64,000 bases of DNA, taken from contig CBDESZ010000004.1 of assembly GCA_965242725.1 (NCBI GenBank), forward strand, positions 352,001 to 416,000, read 5' to 3'. Numbering within the stretch: position 1 is the first letter of the stretch; each line of letters starts with the position of its first letter. The notes beneath the pieces are model-generated. The model saw only the letters and a list, made by a program, of their open reading frames with translations, had not been told where the DNA came from and did no database searches. Position numbers and translations under genes: made by a program. Of the stretch, positions 38,652 through 48,378 are shown piece after piece. Origin of the DNA: Alkalispirochaeta sp. Lineage in GTDB: Bacteria > Spirochaetota > Spirochaetia > DSM-27196 > Alkalispirochaetaceae.

Positions 38652-39281
38652 TTAGGTTAACGGCAGCATGACCAGGTCGCGGAACGGCGCGCGTTCCGCC
38701 AAGCGGTCCTGCCAAGCACGGACGTTGGGGACGTCGTCGGGATGGTCGACGCCATCGAGACGCAAGAAGTGGTCGACGGCGACGCCGATGGGAATGTCGC
38801 CGACGGTGAGACGGTCGCCGGCGACGTAGTCGCGGCCGGCGAGGTAGCCGTCGAGAATGCGGGTGAGATCACCGGTGGCGCTGGCGCTGGCGGCGATCTG
38901 GGCCGGGTCCTGCTGGTCCGGCGGGGTGCGCAGGACGCCCCAGAAGGCGTTGAAGAAAGCCGGCCAGTAGGTGTTGGTCTGCCAATCCATCCAGCGTTCG
39001 GCGTCGGCGCGGACCTGGAGGTCGGTGGGGTACAGGCCGCCGGTGTCGTGCTTGGCGGCGAGGTAGCGGACGATGGAATTGGCCTCCCACAACACAAAGC
39101 CGTCGTCGTCGATCACCGGGATCAGGGCATTGGGGTTCATGGCGCGGTACTCGGCTGTGTCGAGGCCGCCGAAGGGCCCGCCGGCGTCGACGCGGTCGAC
39201 CGCCAGACCGAGTTCGGCGGCGCACCAGAGCACCTTCTGAACGTTGTTGGAATTATTGCGTCCCCAAACCTTGAGTGCCAT
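38652..39281 (-). CDS. Glutathione S-transferase family protein (GstB-like)
   Basis: WGRNNSNNVQKVLW, MNPNALIP, LWEANSIVRYL and LTVGDI. Confidence 0.9.
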   Translation of the reverse strand: MALKVWGRNNSNNVQKVLWCAAELGLAVDRVDAGGPFGGLDTAEYRAMNPNALIPVIDDDGFVLWEANSIVRYLAAKHDTGGLYPTDLQVRADAERWMDWQTNTYWPAFFNAFWGVLRTPPDQQDPAQIAASASATGDLTRILDGYLAGRDYVAGDRLTVGDIPIGVAVDHFLRLDGVDHPDDVPNVRAWQDRLAERAPFRDLVMLPLT

Positions 39282-39305
39282 CCGAGTACCTCTTGAAAAA
39301 ACAGG

Positions 39306-40610
39306 TTATGGCGCGCCGATGAAGATGGCGCGGAAGTCGTTGACGTTGGTGTGTGTTGGGCCGGTGACGACAAGGTCGTCCAAGGCGGAAAAGAAAGCAA
39401 GGACGTCATTGTCGGCGAGCAGCGCGCGGGCATCGAGGCCCTTGGCGCGGGCGCGGGCCAGGCTGTCCGGCGCGACGATGACACCCGCGTTATCGCCGGC
39501 GCCGTCGATGCCGTCGGTGTCGGCGGCGATGGCGTAAACGTCGGGCCGGCCGGCGAGTTCGACGGCAAGGCCGAGGGCAAACTCGCTATTGCGGCCGCCG
39601 ACGCCGGTGCCGGTGACGGTCACAGTGGTCTCGCCGCCGGAGAGGATGACGGCCGGGGACGCGACCGGCAGGGCGTTGAGGGCAACGGAGGCGGCGATGC
39701 CGGCGAGACCGCGGCCGAGCTCGCGGGCCTCGCCCTCCAACGCGTCGCCGAGGATCAGCGGCGTAACGCCGTGGCCGGTGGCGACCCCGGCGGCGGCCTT
39801 GAGGGAGGCGAGCGGCGCGGCAACCAGTTGGAACGTGGCGTTGGGCAGGCTGCCGGGCTTGGGCGTCTCGTCATTGCGGTCGAGGTGGCGGGCGACGGCC
39901 GGCGGCGGCGTCAGATCGTAGCGCGCCAGGACCGCGCGGGCGTCGGCGACGGTCGTCGGGTCGGGCACCGTGGGGCCGGAGGCGATGACCGAGGGGTCGT
40001 CGCCGGGGACGTCGGAAATGGCCAGGGTGACGACGCGGGCCGGCGCCGCAGCAGCGGCGAGGCGGCCGCCCTTGACCGCCGACAAGTGCTTCCGGACGCA
40101 GTTCATTTCGTCGATGGTGGCGCCGCTGCGCAGCAGGCTGTCGGTCAGGGCCTGCTTATCGGCGAAGTCGATGCCTTGGGCCGGCGCGGTCAGCAAGGCG
40201 CTGCCGCCGCCGGAGATCAAGCAGAGGACGAGGTCGTCGGCGCCGAGGCCGGCGACCATGTCGACGATGCGGGCGGTGGCGTCGAGGCCGGCCTGGTCGG
40301 GCACCGGGTGGGCCGCCTCGACGACGGCGATGTTGTCGCACGGGACGGCGTGGCCGTAGCGGGTAATGACGAGACCGGTGTAGTTGGCGGTGGGCGCTGT
40401 CTGCCGCCAGTGGTCCTCGACGGCGCGGGCCATGGTGGCGGCGGCCTTGCCGGCGCCGACGACGACGGTGCGGCCGGCGGCCGACGGGGCCGGCAGATGG
40501 GGCGGGACACAGCGCGCCGGCTGGGCGGCGGCGACGGCGGCGTCGAACATCTCCCGAAGAAGTTCCCTGGGGTCGGGATGGGCCACGGATGGGCTGCTAT
40601 CTATCGCCAC
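39306..40610 (-). CDS. Class II glycerate kinase (MOFRL/TtuD family)
   Basis: GAGKAA, EAAHPVPD, ISGGGSAL, KGGRLA, SDVPGDD, GGETTV, DTDGIDG and TNVNDF. The start may be a few codons later. Confidence 0.92.
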   Translation of the reverse strand: MAIDSSPSVAHPDPRELLREMFDAAVAAAQPARCVPPHLPAPSAAGRTVVVGAGKAAATMARAVEDHWRQTAPTANYTGLVITRYGHAVPCDNIAVVEAAHPVPDQAGLDATARIVDMVAGLGADDLVLCLISGGGSALLTAPAQGIDFADKQALTDSLLRSGATIDEMNCVRKHLSAVKGGRLAAAAAPARVVTLAISDVPGDDPSVIASGPTVPDPTTVADARAVLARYDLTPPPAVARHLDRNDETPKPGSLPNATFQLVAAPLASLKAAAGVATGHGVTPLILGDALEGEARELGRGLAGIAASVALNALPVASPAVILSGGETTVTVTGTGVGGRNSEFALGLAVELAGRPDVYAIAADTDGIDGAGDNAGVIVAPDSLARARAKGLDARALLADNDVLAFFSALDDLVVTGPTHTNVNDFRAIFIGAP

Positions 40611-41235
40611 GTAGGCGGTTGATCTCGGTGACGAACGGAATCCCCTTGCCGGCGACTTGGGCCGGGGTGTCGCCGGGGGCGTAGAGGGCGCCTCCGAGGC
40701 CGAAGCCAGAGGCCCCTACCTGCCAGTAGGATGCCATCTTGCCCGGGACGATGCCGCCAACGGCGAGGACGATGGCGTCCTTGGGCAGGACGGCGCGCAT
40801 GGCCTTCAAGGCGGCGGGGGGCAGCATTTCGGCGGGGAACATCTTGAGGCCGTCGGCGCCGGCGGCCAGGGCGGCAAAGCCCTCGGTCGGGGTCGAGAAA
40901 CCGGGCAGGCAGACCATGTTACGGCGCTTGGCCTCCTCGACGACGGCGGTGTCGGCGTGGGGCATGACGATGAGGGAGCCGCCGGCGTCCTGGACGCGGC
41001 CGACGTCATCGACGGAGAGCACGGTGCCGGCGCCGACGAGGGCGCGGTCGGCGAAGTCCTCGGCGATGGCGGCGATGCTGACAAACGGGTCGGGCGAGTT
41101 GAGGGGCACCTCGACCATGGTGAAGCCGGCGCCGACGAGGACCTGGGTGACCGGCACGACGTCGGCCGGGGTGATGCCACGGAGTACGGCGACCAAGGGG
41201 CAGCCGGCCATGGCCTGGGCAAAGTCAATGGTCAT
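40597..41235 (-). CDS. dgoA: 2-dehydro-3-deoxy-6-phosphogalactonate aldolase
   Basis: PLVAVLRGI, VEVPLNSP, GAGTV, TPTE, LKMFPAE, AVGG and GFGLG. Adjacent to dgoK. Confidence 0.9.
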   Translation of the reverse strand: MTIDFAQAMAGCPLVAVLRGITPADVVPVTQVLVGAGFTMVEVPLNSPDPFVSIAAIAEDFADRALVGAGTVLSVDDVGRVQDAGGSLIVMPHADTAVVEEAKRRNMVCLPGFSTPTEGFAALAAGADGLKMFPAEMLPPAALKAMRAVLPKDAIVLAVGGIVPGKMASYWQVGASGFGLGGALYAPGDTPAQVAGKGIPFVTEINRLRGDR

Positions 41236-41244
41236 GGCGGGAAC

Positions 41245-42207
41245 CTATCGTATTCCGGCCAAGGCCGACAGGGCCCAAAGGCCGCGGGTGGCGGCGGCGT
41301 CGCCGGGGACGATGGTGGCGGTGAGGCCGATGCTGCCGAGGGCGCGGGCGTAGAGGTCGCAGAGGTTGGGCGAGCCGACCAGGGTCGCCATTTCGACACC
41401 GTCGGTGAGGTCGGCCATGCCGGCGACCTCGTGGCCGACGAGGATGCCCGACAGCAGCGACGGCAGGCTGGTGCCCAACTCGTCGCCGGACAGGGCCTGG
41501 GCGCGGACCGAGAAGATGTGGTGCAACAGGCCGCCGGGCTGGCGCGAGCGCGCGAGGCCGCGGGCAAAGGCGGCGTCGTCGGGGCCATGGCGCTCTGGCA
41601 TCAGGCGGCCGAGGATGCTGTGGTGGGTGAGGACGTCGAAGACCTCCCCCGTCATCGTGGTGTGGAAGCGTTCGATGCGGTTGCCGCGGAGGATGACCCA
41701 CTTGCCGTGGGTGCCGGGCAGGACGATCAGGCGCGGGCCGCGGTCGGGGGTCTCCTCGGCCTCGTCGGCGAGGGCGGCGGCGCCGCAGATCTGGGTTTCC
41801 TCGCCACGGATGACGTCGAAGGTGCCCTGCTCCGAGGCGAAGCTGATGCCCGGGACGAGGGTGGCGACGCGGTCGGGGGCGACCTCGAGACGAATGCAGG
41901 CCTGGGCGATTTCGTCGATGGTCGCGGGGCAGCGGACGTAGGGCGCCTCGACCCAGCCCTGGCGGCTGCCGATCATGCCGCACATGATGATGGGCGCATC
42001 GGGATAGGCGTCGAGCCAATCGCCGGCGAGTTCGGCGAAGGCGGCGGCGAATTTGCCGCCGACGACGTTCATGATACCGGTACGGGCGTTGCGCACATCG
42101 GCGGCGGTGCCGGCGCCGTCGACCAGGTAAACGCGGCTGTTGGTGGTGCCCCAGTCAAGGGCGATAAGGCGAACGCTGTCCTTCGGTGCGGACGAAGGCG
42201 GGGGCAT
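41245..42207 (-). CDS. dgoK: 2-dehydro-3-deoxygalactonokinase
   Basis: LDWGTT, CGMIGSRQGW.EAPY, DVIRGEETQ, PGTH.KW and TGE.F. SD GAGGG before ATG 42207. Confidence 0.92.
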   Translation of the reverse strand: MPPPSSAPKDSVRLIALDWGTTNSRVYLVDGAGTAADVRNARTGIMNVVGGKFAAAFAELAGDWLDAYPDAPIIMCGMIGSRQGWVEAPYVRCPATIDEIAQACIRLEVAPDRVATLVPGISFASEQGTFDVIRGEETQICGAAALADEAEETPDRGPRLIVLPGTHGKWVILRGNRIERFHTTMTGEVFDVLTHHSILGRLMPERHGPDDAAFARGLARSRQPGGLLHHIFSVRAQALSGDELGTSLPSLLSGILVGHEVAGMADLTDGVEMATLVGSPNLCDLYARALGSIGLTATIVPGDAAATRGLWALSALAGIR

Positions 42208-42325
42208 GGACACCCTCTTATTGTTGTTGGCGAGTTATGTGTTGTTGTTGTTTGCGACGGGGGTGCGCGACCATGGTAGCCGATTACCGCAATGGGTCAT
42301 AACCCATTGTTGCCGACGCATCGGT

Positions 42326-43060
42326 CTAGAGGGTGAAACCGCCGTCGATGACCTGGGCGGTGCCGGTGGTGAAGGCGGCGGCGTCGCTGGCCAGGTAAAG
42401 GGCCAGGGCGGCGACTTCCTCGGTGGTGCCGAGGCGGCCCATGGGCTGGCGTTCGATGAAATCGCGACGGGCGGTGACCGGGTCGTCGAAGGCGTTGATG
42501 CGCTCGTCAAGGGACGGCGATTGGATGGTGCCCGGGCAGATGGCGTTGCAGCGAATGCCGCGGCGGATGAAGTCGGCGGCGACGGATTTGGTGAGACCGA
42601 TGACGGCGGCCTTGGAGGCGCCATAGACGAACCGATTGGGCACGCCGCTGACCGACGAGGCGACGGAGGCGATGTTGACGATGGCGCCGCCGCCAGCGTC
42701 GAGCATGGCCGGCAGGAAAGCGCGGATGATGCGGTACATGGCGCGGGCGTTGAGGTCGAAGGAGAACTCCCAGTCGTCCTCGTCGCAATCGAGGATGGTG
42801 CCGTGATGGACGAACCCGGCGCAGTTGACGAGGACGTCGCGGGCGCCGAGGCGCTGGGCGATGGCGGTGATGGCCGCGGGGTCGGTGACGTCGAGGCGTT
42901 CGGTAGCGATGTTGAGGCCGGTCAGGGTGGCGAGCGCGGCCTCGTTGATATCGGTGGCGACGACGTCGGCGCCGGCCTCGGCACAGGCAATGGCGGCGGC
43001 GCGGCCGATGCCCTGGCCGGCCGCGGTGACCAGTGCGGTCTTTCCCTGTAAGCTGATCAT
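42326..43060 (-). CDS. SDR oxidoreductase, BDH2 / 2-keto-3-deoxy-sugar-acid dehydrogenase-like
   Basis: TAAGQGIG, NCAGFVHHGTIL, NRFVYGASKAAV and CPGTIQSPSL. Confidence 0.88.
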   Translation of the reverse strand: MISLQGKTALVTAAGQGIGRAAAIACAEAGADVVATDINEAALATLTGLNIATERLDVTDPAAITAIAQRLGARDVLVNCAGFVHHGTILDCDEDDWEFSFDLNARAMYRIIRAFLPAMLDAGGGAIVNIASVASSVSGVPNRFVYGASKAAVIGLTKSVAADFIRRGIRCNAICPGTIQSPSLDERINAFDDPVTARRDFIERQPMGRLGTTEEVAALALYLASDAAAFTTGTAQVIDGGFTL

Positions 43061-43173
43061 TATCGACTCTCCCCGACCCGGCGGCGCAAAGTTGTTCGTA
43101 TTTGTTCGGCGCCAAAGTGGCGTGCCGCGGCGAACAAGTCCAGGCCGGAAAACCAACGACGCGCGGGTGCACC

Positions 43174-44586
43174 ATGGCCGCAAACGATGACAGCCTCGCC
43201 TTCGCGACCATCGGCGAGGTCGGGGCCAAGCTGCGGCGCGGCGAGGTCAGCGCGGCGGCGCTAACGGAAATGATGCTGGGGCGGATCGAGGCGCTGGACG
43301 GCGAACTCAACGCCTACGTCACGGTGACCGCGGATTTGGCGCGGGCGCAAGCGGCGCGGGCCGACGCGGAACTGGCGCAGGGGACCGACCGGGGGCCGCT
43401 GCACGGCATTCCGGTGGCGGCGAAGGACCTGTTCGCGACCAAGGGCATCCGGACGACGGGCGGGACAAAACTCTACGGCGACGTGGTGCCGGACCACGAT
43501 GCCACGGCGATCGTGCGGCTGCGCGAGGCGGGCGCGGTGCTGCTGGGCAAGACGGGGTTGCACGAACTGGCGTGGGGTACGACCAGCGCCAACCCGTTCT
43601 ATGGCGCGGTGCGCAATCCGTGGGCGCCGGACCGTCACCCGGGCGGCTCGAGCGGCGGGTCGGCGGCGGCGGTGGCGGCCGGCCTGGCGTATGCGGCGCT
43701 CGGCACGGACACCGGTGCCTCGGTGCGGCAGCCGGCGCACTGTTGCGGCATCACCGGGTTCAAGCCGAGCTTCGGGTTGGTTAGCCGGGCCGGGGTGTTG
43801 CCGCTGGCATGGTCGATGGACCACGTGGGGCCGCTGACCCGCTGCGTCGCCGACGCGCGGGCGCTGCTCGACGTGCTGGCCGGGGCGGACCCGGCGGACG
43901 CCTATACGGTGACGCCGGGGTTGCGGCACTCGCCGATGCCGGCCGGGCGGATCGAGGGGGCGCGGGTCGGGGTGCTGCGGTCGTTCTTCTTCGAGCCGGC
44001 GGCGAACGGCGAATTCGACCAGGACGCGATGATGGTGGTCGACCACGCGCTAGCGGAACTAGGGAACCTGGGTTGCGAACTGATCGAGGTGACGCTGGAC
44101 GACGTCGAGATGGCGCACGAAGGGGCGGCGGCGATGTTCGCCGAAGTGCACGCGGCACACGGCGCGGCGTGGCGGGACAACCCGGACGGTTTCAGCCCGG
44201 CGATCAACGCGCGGTTCGAGGGGCTGGCGCAGATCACCACCGACACCTACGTCGCGGCGCGGCATTTCCGGCAGATCTTTCAGGCCAAGGTGCAGCAGCT
44301 GATGCACGACGAGCGGTTGTTGGCGCTGGCGGCGCCGACCTCGGTGGCGACGGCGGGAGCGATCGCGGACGCGCCGCCGTCGGCGGCGAACTGGCGCAAC
44401 ACGGGCATTTTCAACTTCACCGGCCAGCCGTCGATCTCGGTGCCGTGCGGGTTCACGCCGGCGGGGTTGCCAGTCGGGCTGATGCTGACGGGGCCGATGT
44501 TCGGCGACCAGATCGTGCTCGACCTGGCGCGGGGTTACGAGGAAACGACGGCGTGGCAGCCGCCGCCGATGGCGGTGCTCGGCTAG
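43174..44586 (+). CDS. Amidase signature family enzyme
   Basis: PLHGIPVAAKD, GGSSGGS, GTDTGASVRQPA and FNFTGQP. Confidence 0.92.
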   Translation: MAANDDSLAFATIGEVGAKLRRGEVSAAALTEMMLGRIEALDGELNAYVTVTADLARAQAARADAELAQGTDRGPLHGIPVAAKDLFATKGIRTTGGTKLYGDVVPDHDATAIVRLREAGAVLLGKTGLHELAWGTTSANPFYGAVRNPWAPDRHPGGSSGGSAAAVAAGLAYAALGTDTGASVRQPAHCCGITGFKPSFGLVSRAGVLPLAWSMDHVGPLTRCVADARALLDVLAGADPADAYTVTPGLRHSPMPAGRIEGARVGVLRSFFFEPAANGEFDQDAMMVVDHALAELGNLGCELIEVTLDDVEMAHEGAAAMFAEVHAAHGAAWRDNPDGFSPAINARFEGLAQITTDTYVAARHFRQIFQAKVQQLMHDERLLALAAPTSVATAGAIADAPPSAANWRNTGIFNFTGQPSISVPCGFTPAGLPVGLMLTGPMFGDQIVLDLARGYEETTAWQPPPMAVLG

Positions 44587-44592
44587 AGCGAG

Positions 44593-47500
44593 CTACTGGG
44601 CGGCGAAATCGCTGACCAGGCGCTGACCGGCGTCGAGCTCGGCCGGCGACATGCGGCGGGAAATGAGCTCGAGGCTGCGTTCGGCGTCGGCGTCGCCCTG
44701 GCGGGCGGCGAGGGTGAACCACAGGAAGGCGCGGGCGTAATCCTCGGCAACACCATCGCCGTTGGCGTAGATGCTGGCGAGATTGTACTGGGCGTCGGCC
44801 AGTCCTTGGCGGGCGGCGCGGCGATACCAGGTGACCGCCTGGTCGACATCCTGGGCGACGCCGCTGCCCTCGGCGTAGAGGTTGGCGAGGTTGTACTGGG
44901 CGTCGGCGACGCCTTGGTCGGCGGCGCGGCGGTACCAGCGGGCGGCCTCGGCGATGTCCGGCGGGATGCCGCGGCCGAGGGCGTACATGACACCGAGGTT
45001 GGATTGGGCCTTGGCCTCGCCCTGGTCGGCGGCGCGGCGATACCAGGCGACGGCCTGGGCGTCGTCCTGGGCAATGCCTTCGCCGAGGGCATAGCGCAGG
45101 CCGACGTCGAGCTGGGCCGGGGCAAAGCCCTGTTCGGCGGCCTTGAGGGCCCACTGGGTCGCGGCGACGGGGTCGTTGGGGACGCCGGCGCCGGTGGCAT
45201 AGGCGCGGGAGAGGGCCATCTGGGCGGCGGCAACGCCTTGGTCGGCGGCCTCACGGTACCAGCGGGCGGCCTCGCTGGCCCTGTCGGAGAGTTGGGCGAG
45301 GCGGAATTGGGCGCCGGCATCGCCTTGCTGGGCGGCGCGCTCGAACCAGACGCGGGCTTCGTCGGTTTCGCCGATGGCGGTGTCGTAGATCTTGGCGAGG
45401 GCGACTTGGGCGGCGCGGTCGCCCTGCTCGGCCGCCGGGGCGTACCAACGGGCGGCGGCGGCGGGATCGGCGGTGGTGCCCTCACCGGCGGCGTACATGG
45501 CGGCAAGGCGGACCTGGGCGGGGGTCAGGCCCTGCTCGGCGGCGCGGCGGTACCATTCGAAGGCGGCGGCGAGATCGCGATCGACTCCCTCCCCGCGGTC
45601 GAGGAACCGGGCGAGGCGGAGTTGGGCCTGGGCAACGCCTTGCTCGGCGGCGGCGCGGTACCAGCGGACGGCGGCCTCGGGATCCGGCGGTACGGGGGCG
45701 TCGGCGTCGGGCGCGGCGGCGTAGAACTTGGCGAGGGTGAGCTGGGCGTCGACCTGGCCTTGGGAAGCGGCGTCGGCGAGCAGGGACAAGGCGCGGGAGG
45801 TCTCGGCCGGGCCGCGCTCGAGCAAAATGGCGGCCAAAGCGTATTGGGCCTCGGGATCGCCGGTCTCGGCGACCTCGGCAAACAAATCGGCGGCGGCGTC
45901 GATGTCGCTGTCGCCGTCGGCGTAGAGTTCGGCGAGGGCAAACCGGGCAGTGTTGTCACCCTGGGCGGCGGCGAGGGCATACCAGCGGATGGCGGCGTCG
46001 CGGTCCTGGGCGACGCCGGCATCGCCGGTGGCGTAGATGCGGCCGAGGCGCGCCTGGGCGCGGGGGTCGTTCTGGCCGGCGGCGCTTTCGAGCCAAGCAA
46101 GGCCTTCGGCGGGGTCAACGTCGCGGTCCTCAAGCAGGATGGCGGCGAGGCGGTACTGGGAGTCGCGGTCGCCGGCGGTGGCGGCGCGGCCATACCAGAA
46201 ACGGGCGAGGTCGAGGTCGTTGGCGACGGCGCGGTCCGCGTAGAAGCGGGCGAGGCGGCGCTGGGCGACGACGGCGCCCTGAAGCGCGGCAATGCGGTGC
46301 CAACTGGCGGCGGCGGTAGGACTGGCGGCGACGCCGTCGCCGTCCTGCAAATGGCGGGCGAGGCCGACTTGGGCCTCGGCAATGCCGGCGGCGGCGGCGG
46401 CGCGGTAGAGCTCGACGGCGCGGCGCGGGTCGTCGGCGGCGACGAGGGCGGCCAATTGGGTTTGGGCGCGGGGATCGTCGACGGCGACGGCGCGTTCCAG
46501 CCAATCGACGGCGGCGGGCCGATCGTAGACGGACGAGGCCGGGTCGGCGAGCAACTCACCGAGGCGGACCTGGGCGTCGATGTCGTCGCGGTCGGCCGCG
46601 CGGCGGTACCAGAAGACGGCCTGGTCGACGTCGGCGGCGATGCCGAGGCCTTGATCGAAGATGACGGCCAACTCGTACTGGGCCTCGACATTGCCTTGCT
46701 CGGCGGCGCTGCGATACCAGCGGCGGGCGACGGCGGTGTCCTGGTCGACGCCGAGGCCCTGGTCGTAGAGCAGCGCCAGGCTGACCTGGGCCGGGGCGTG
46801 GCCCTGGCGGGCGGCGCGCAGGTACCACTCGGCGGCGTCCTCGTAGCTGAGGGTGGTGCCGGCGCCCTGCTCGTACATTTCGGCCAGGGCGGTTTGGGCG
46901 CGGGCGACGCCCTGCTCGGCAGCGCGGCGGTACCAGACAAAGGCGGCGCCGTCGTCGGCGGAGATACCGCGGCCGGCGCGCAGCAGCTGGGCGAGGTTGG
47001 TTTGGGCCTCGGCAACGCCTTGCTCGGCGGCGCGGCGATACCAGGCAAACGCCGCCGCGGGGTCGGGCTCCATGCCGAGGCCGGTGTCGTAGATGACGCC
47101 GAGGTTGGCCTGGGCCTCGGGCAGGCCTTGTTCGGCCGCGGCGGTGTACCAGCGCTGGGCGGTGGCGTAATCGCGGGGCACGCCAACGCCCTCGGTGTAC
47201 ATCACGGCGAGGTTGAACTGGGCGTCGGCGAGGCCCTGCTCGGCGGCGAGCCGGTACCATTCGGCGGCGGCGGCGCGGTCTTGGGGCACGCCGTCGCCGG
47301 TATCGTAGATGTGGCCGAGGGCAAACTGGGCGCGGGCATCGCCGCGGGCGGCGGCCAGGCGGTACCAGCGGGCGGCAACGGCGGCATCGCGGTCGACGCC
47401 GACGCCGGTGTTGAAAATGGCGCCGAGGCGGCGCTGGGCATCGATGCTGCCGATATGCGCGAGGGGCGCGAGATGGCGCAGGGCGGCGGTGCAGCCGGTG

Positions 47501-47682
47501 CCGGCGCAGCGGGCGAGGCCATGGTTGACGCCGACCCAGGCGCCGGCGGAGAGCACGGCGGCGGCGACGAAGGACCCGGCGACCAGGCGCACGGTGGCGC
47601 GGGACCGCAGGTTCAGGGCAAAGGACTTGCGGCGCCCGCCGGGCGACGGGGTGTCGGCGGGCGCGGGATTTTCACCGGACAT
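44593..47682 (-). CDS. Large membrane-anchored Sel1-like repeat protein (about 26 repeats)
   Basis: N-terminal TM, then repeated AQ.xL...Y..G.GV..D...A..WYrrAAeQG units to the C-terminus. Confidence 0.9.
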   Translation of the reverse strand: MSGENPAPADTPSPGGRRKSFALNLRSRATVRLVAGSFVAAAVLSAGAWVGVNHGLARCAGTGCTAALRHLAPLAHIGSIDAQRRLGAIFNTGVGVDRDAAVAARWYRLAAARGDARAQFALGHIYDTGDGVPQDRAAAAEWYRLAAEQGLADAQFNLAVMYTEGVGVPRDYATAQRWYTAAAEQGLPEAQANLGVIYDTGLGMEPDPAAAFAWYRRAAEQGVAEAQTNLAQLLRAGRGISADDGAAFVWYRRAAEQGVARAQTALAEMYEQGAGTTLSYEDAAEWYLRAARQGHAPAQVSLALLYDQGLGVDQDTAVARRWYRSAAEQGNVEAQYELAVIFDQGLGIAADVDQAVFWYRRAADRDDIDAQVRLGELLADPASSVYDRPAAVDWLERAVAVDDPRAQTQLAALVAADDPRRAVELYRAAAAAGIAEAQVGLARHLQDGDGVAASPTAAASWHRIAALQGAVVAQRRLARFYADRAVANDLDLARFWYGRAATAGDRDSQYRLAAILLEDRDVDPAEGLAWLESAAGQNDPRAQARLGRIYATGDAGVAQDRDAAIRWYALAAAQGDNTARFALAELYADGDSDIDAAADLFAEVAETGDPEAQYALAAILLERGPAETSRALSLLADAASQGQVDAQLTLAKFYAAAPDADAPVPPDPEAAVRWYRAAAEQGVAQAQLRLARFLDRGEGVDRDLAAAFEWYRRAAEQGLTPAQVRLAAMYAAGEGTTADPAAAARWYAPAAEQGDRAAQVALAKIYDTAIGETDEARVWFERAAQQGDAGAQFRLAQLSDRASEAARWYREAADQGVAAAQMALSRAYATGAGVPNDPVAATQWALKAAEQGFAPAQLDVGLRYALGEGIAQDDAQAVAWYRRAADQGEAKAQSNLGVMYALGRGIPPDIAEAARWYRRAADQGVADAQYNLANLYAEGSGVAQDVDQAVTWYRRAARQGLADAQYNLASIYANGDGVAEDYARAFLWFTLAARQGDADAERSLELISRRMSPAELDAGQRLVSDFAAQ

Positions 47683-47754
47683 CGCGGCTCGTCACATACC
47701 GGAAACTAGGCCGGTATCTTGGCGCCGCGCCGCTAAAGGTTGGTTAACGCCGGC

Positions 47755-48297
47755 TTAGTCTTTGGCCGCCGCGGGCCGCGTGGTGTGGACGTGGTCGGCG
47801 CCGTGGCGGCGCAGCAACTCGGCGGCGTGGGCGGCCTGTTCAGGGGTGGCGACGGCGACCCAGCAGACGACGCCGCCGGCGACGACATGGTCGCGATAGC
47901 GGGCTGCGAGGGCGCTGTCGATGGTGCTGTCGAGGACGCTTTCCAACGAGGTCTCGGCGGCGCTGCCGGCGATGGCGGCAAGGCCAATGGGCCCGCCGAT
48001 GGCGTAGGTGACGCCGGCGGCGCCGAGCAGGCCGACGGTGGCGATGCCCTCGGCAACGATGTGGGCGACGGCGCGCAAGGCCTCGCCGGTGGTTGCCGGG
48101 TCACGCGGGGCGCCGGGCATGTCGGCCAAGCTCGCGGCATCGGGCAAGCTGTCGCCGAAATGGCGGCGCAGGACGGCGTGGTCGGCGAGGACGCTGATGT
48201 CGTCGCGCGCGAACCCGGCCGCGACGAGGGCGTCGACGGCGCCGACCAGGGTTTCGGGGCCGCTGAAGATTCCGACTATCTGGGACCGGTTAGTCAT
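47755..48297 (-). CDS. General stress protein 17M/YflT-like membrane-associated protein
   Basis: VGIF...AVDALVAAGFARDDISVL N-terminal motif, a central Gly-rich hydrophobic hairpin, and C-terminal AAELLRRHGA. Confidence 0.65.
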   Translation of the reverse strand: MTNRSQIVGIFSGPETLVGAVDALVAAGFARDDISVLADHAVLRRHFGDSLPDAASLADMPGAPRDPATTGEALRAVAHIVAEGIATVGLLGAAGVTYAIGGPIGLAAIAGSAAETSLESVLDSTIDSALAARYRDHVVAGGVVCWVAVATPEQAAHAAELLRRHGADHVHTTRPAAAKD

Positions 48298-48329
48298 CAC
48301 TCACCATAGGCGTCGGTGCAGGGCTATGG

Positions 48330-48343
48330 TTGACGTGGGTCAA
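48330..48343. promoter_or_regulatory. FNR/FixK/DNR-type binding site in a divergent promoter
   Basis: TTGAC-GTGG-GTCAA with perfect arms, centred about 42 bp upstream of the ftsH ATG. Confidence 0.65.
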
Positions 48344-48378
48344 GGAGGGTATGGGCGCAAGCAAGAAGGCTGGCAACG

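Noticed and set aside
44806..47709. 967-aa plus-strand ORF, and similar long antisense ORFs such as 2682-4388, 11580-13880 and 17697-19610
   Set aside because: These are shadow ORFs opposite well-supported genes. They are expected in high-GC DNA and carry no motifs.
47744..47758. CtrA box (TTAA-N7-TTAG) upstream of the Sel1 gene
   Set aside because: One mismatch, and it overlaps the neighbouring stop codon. Too weak without corroboration.
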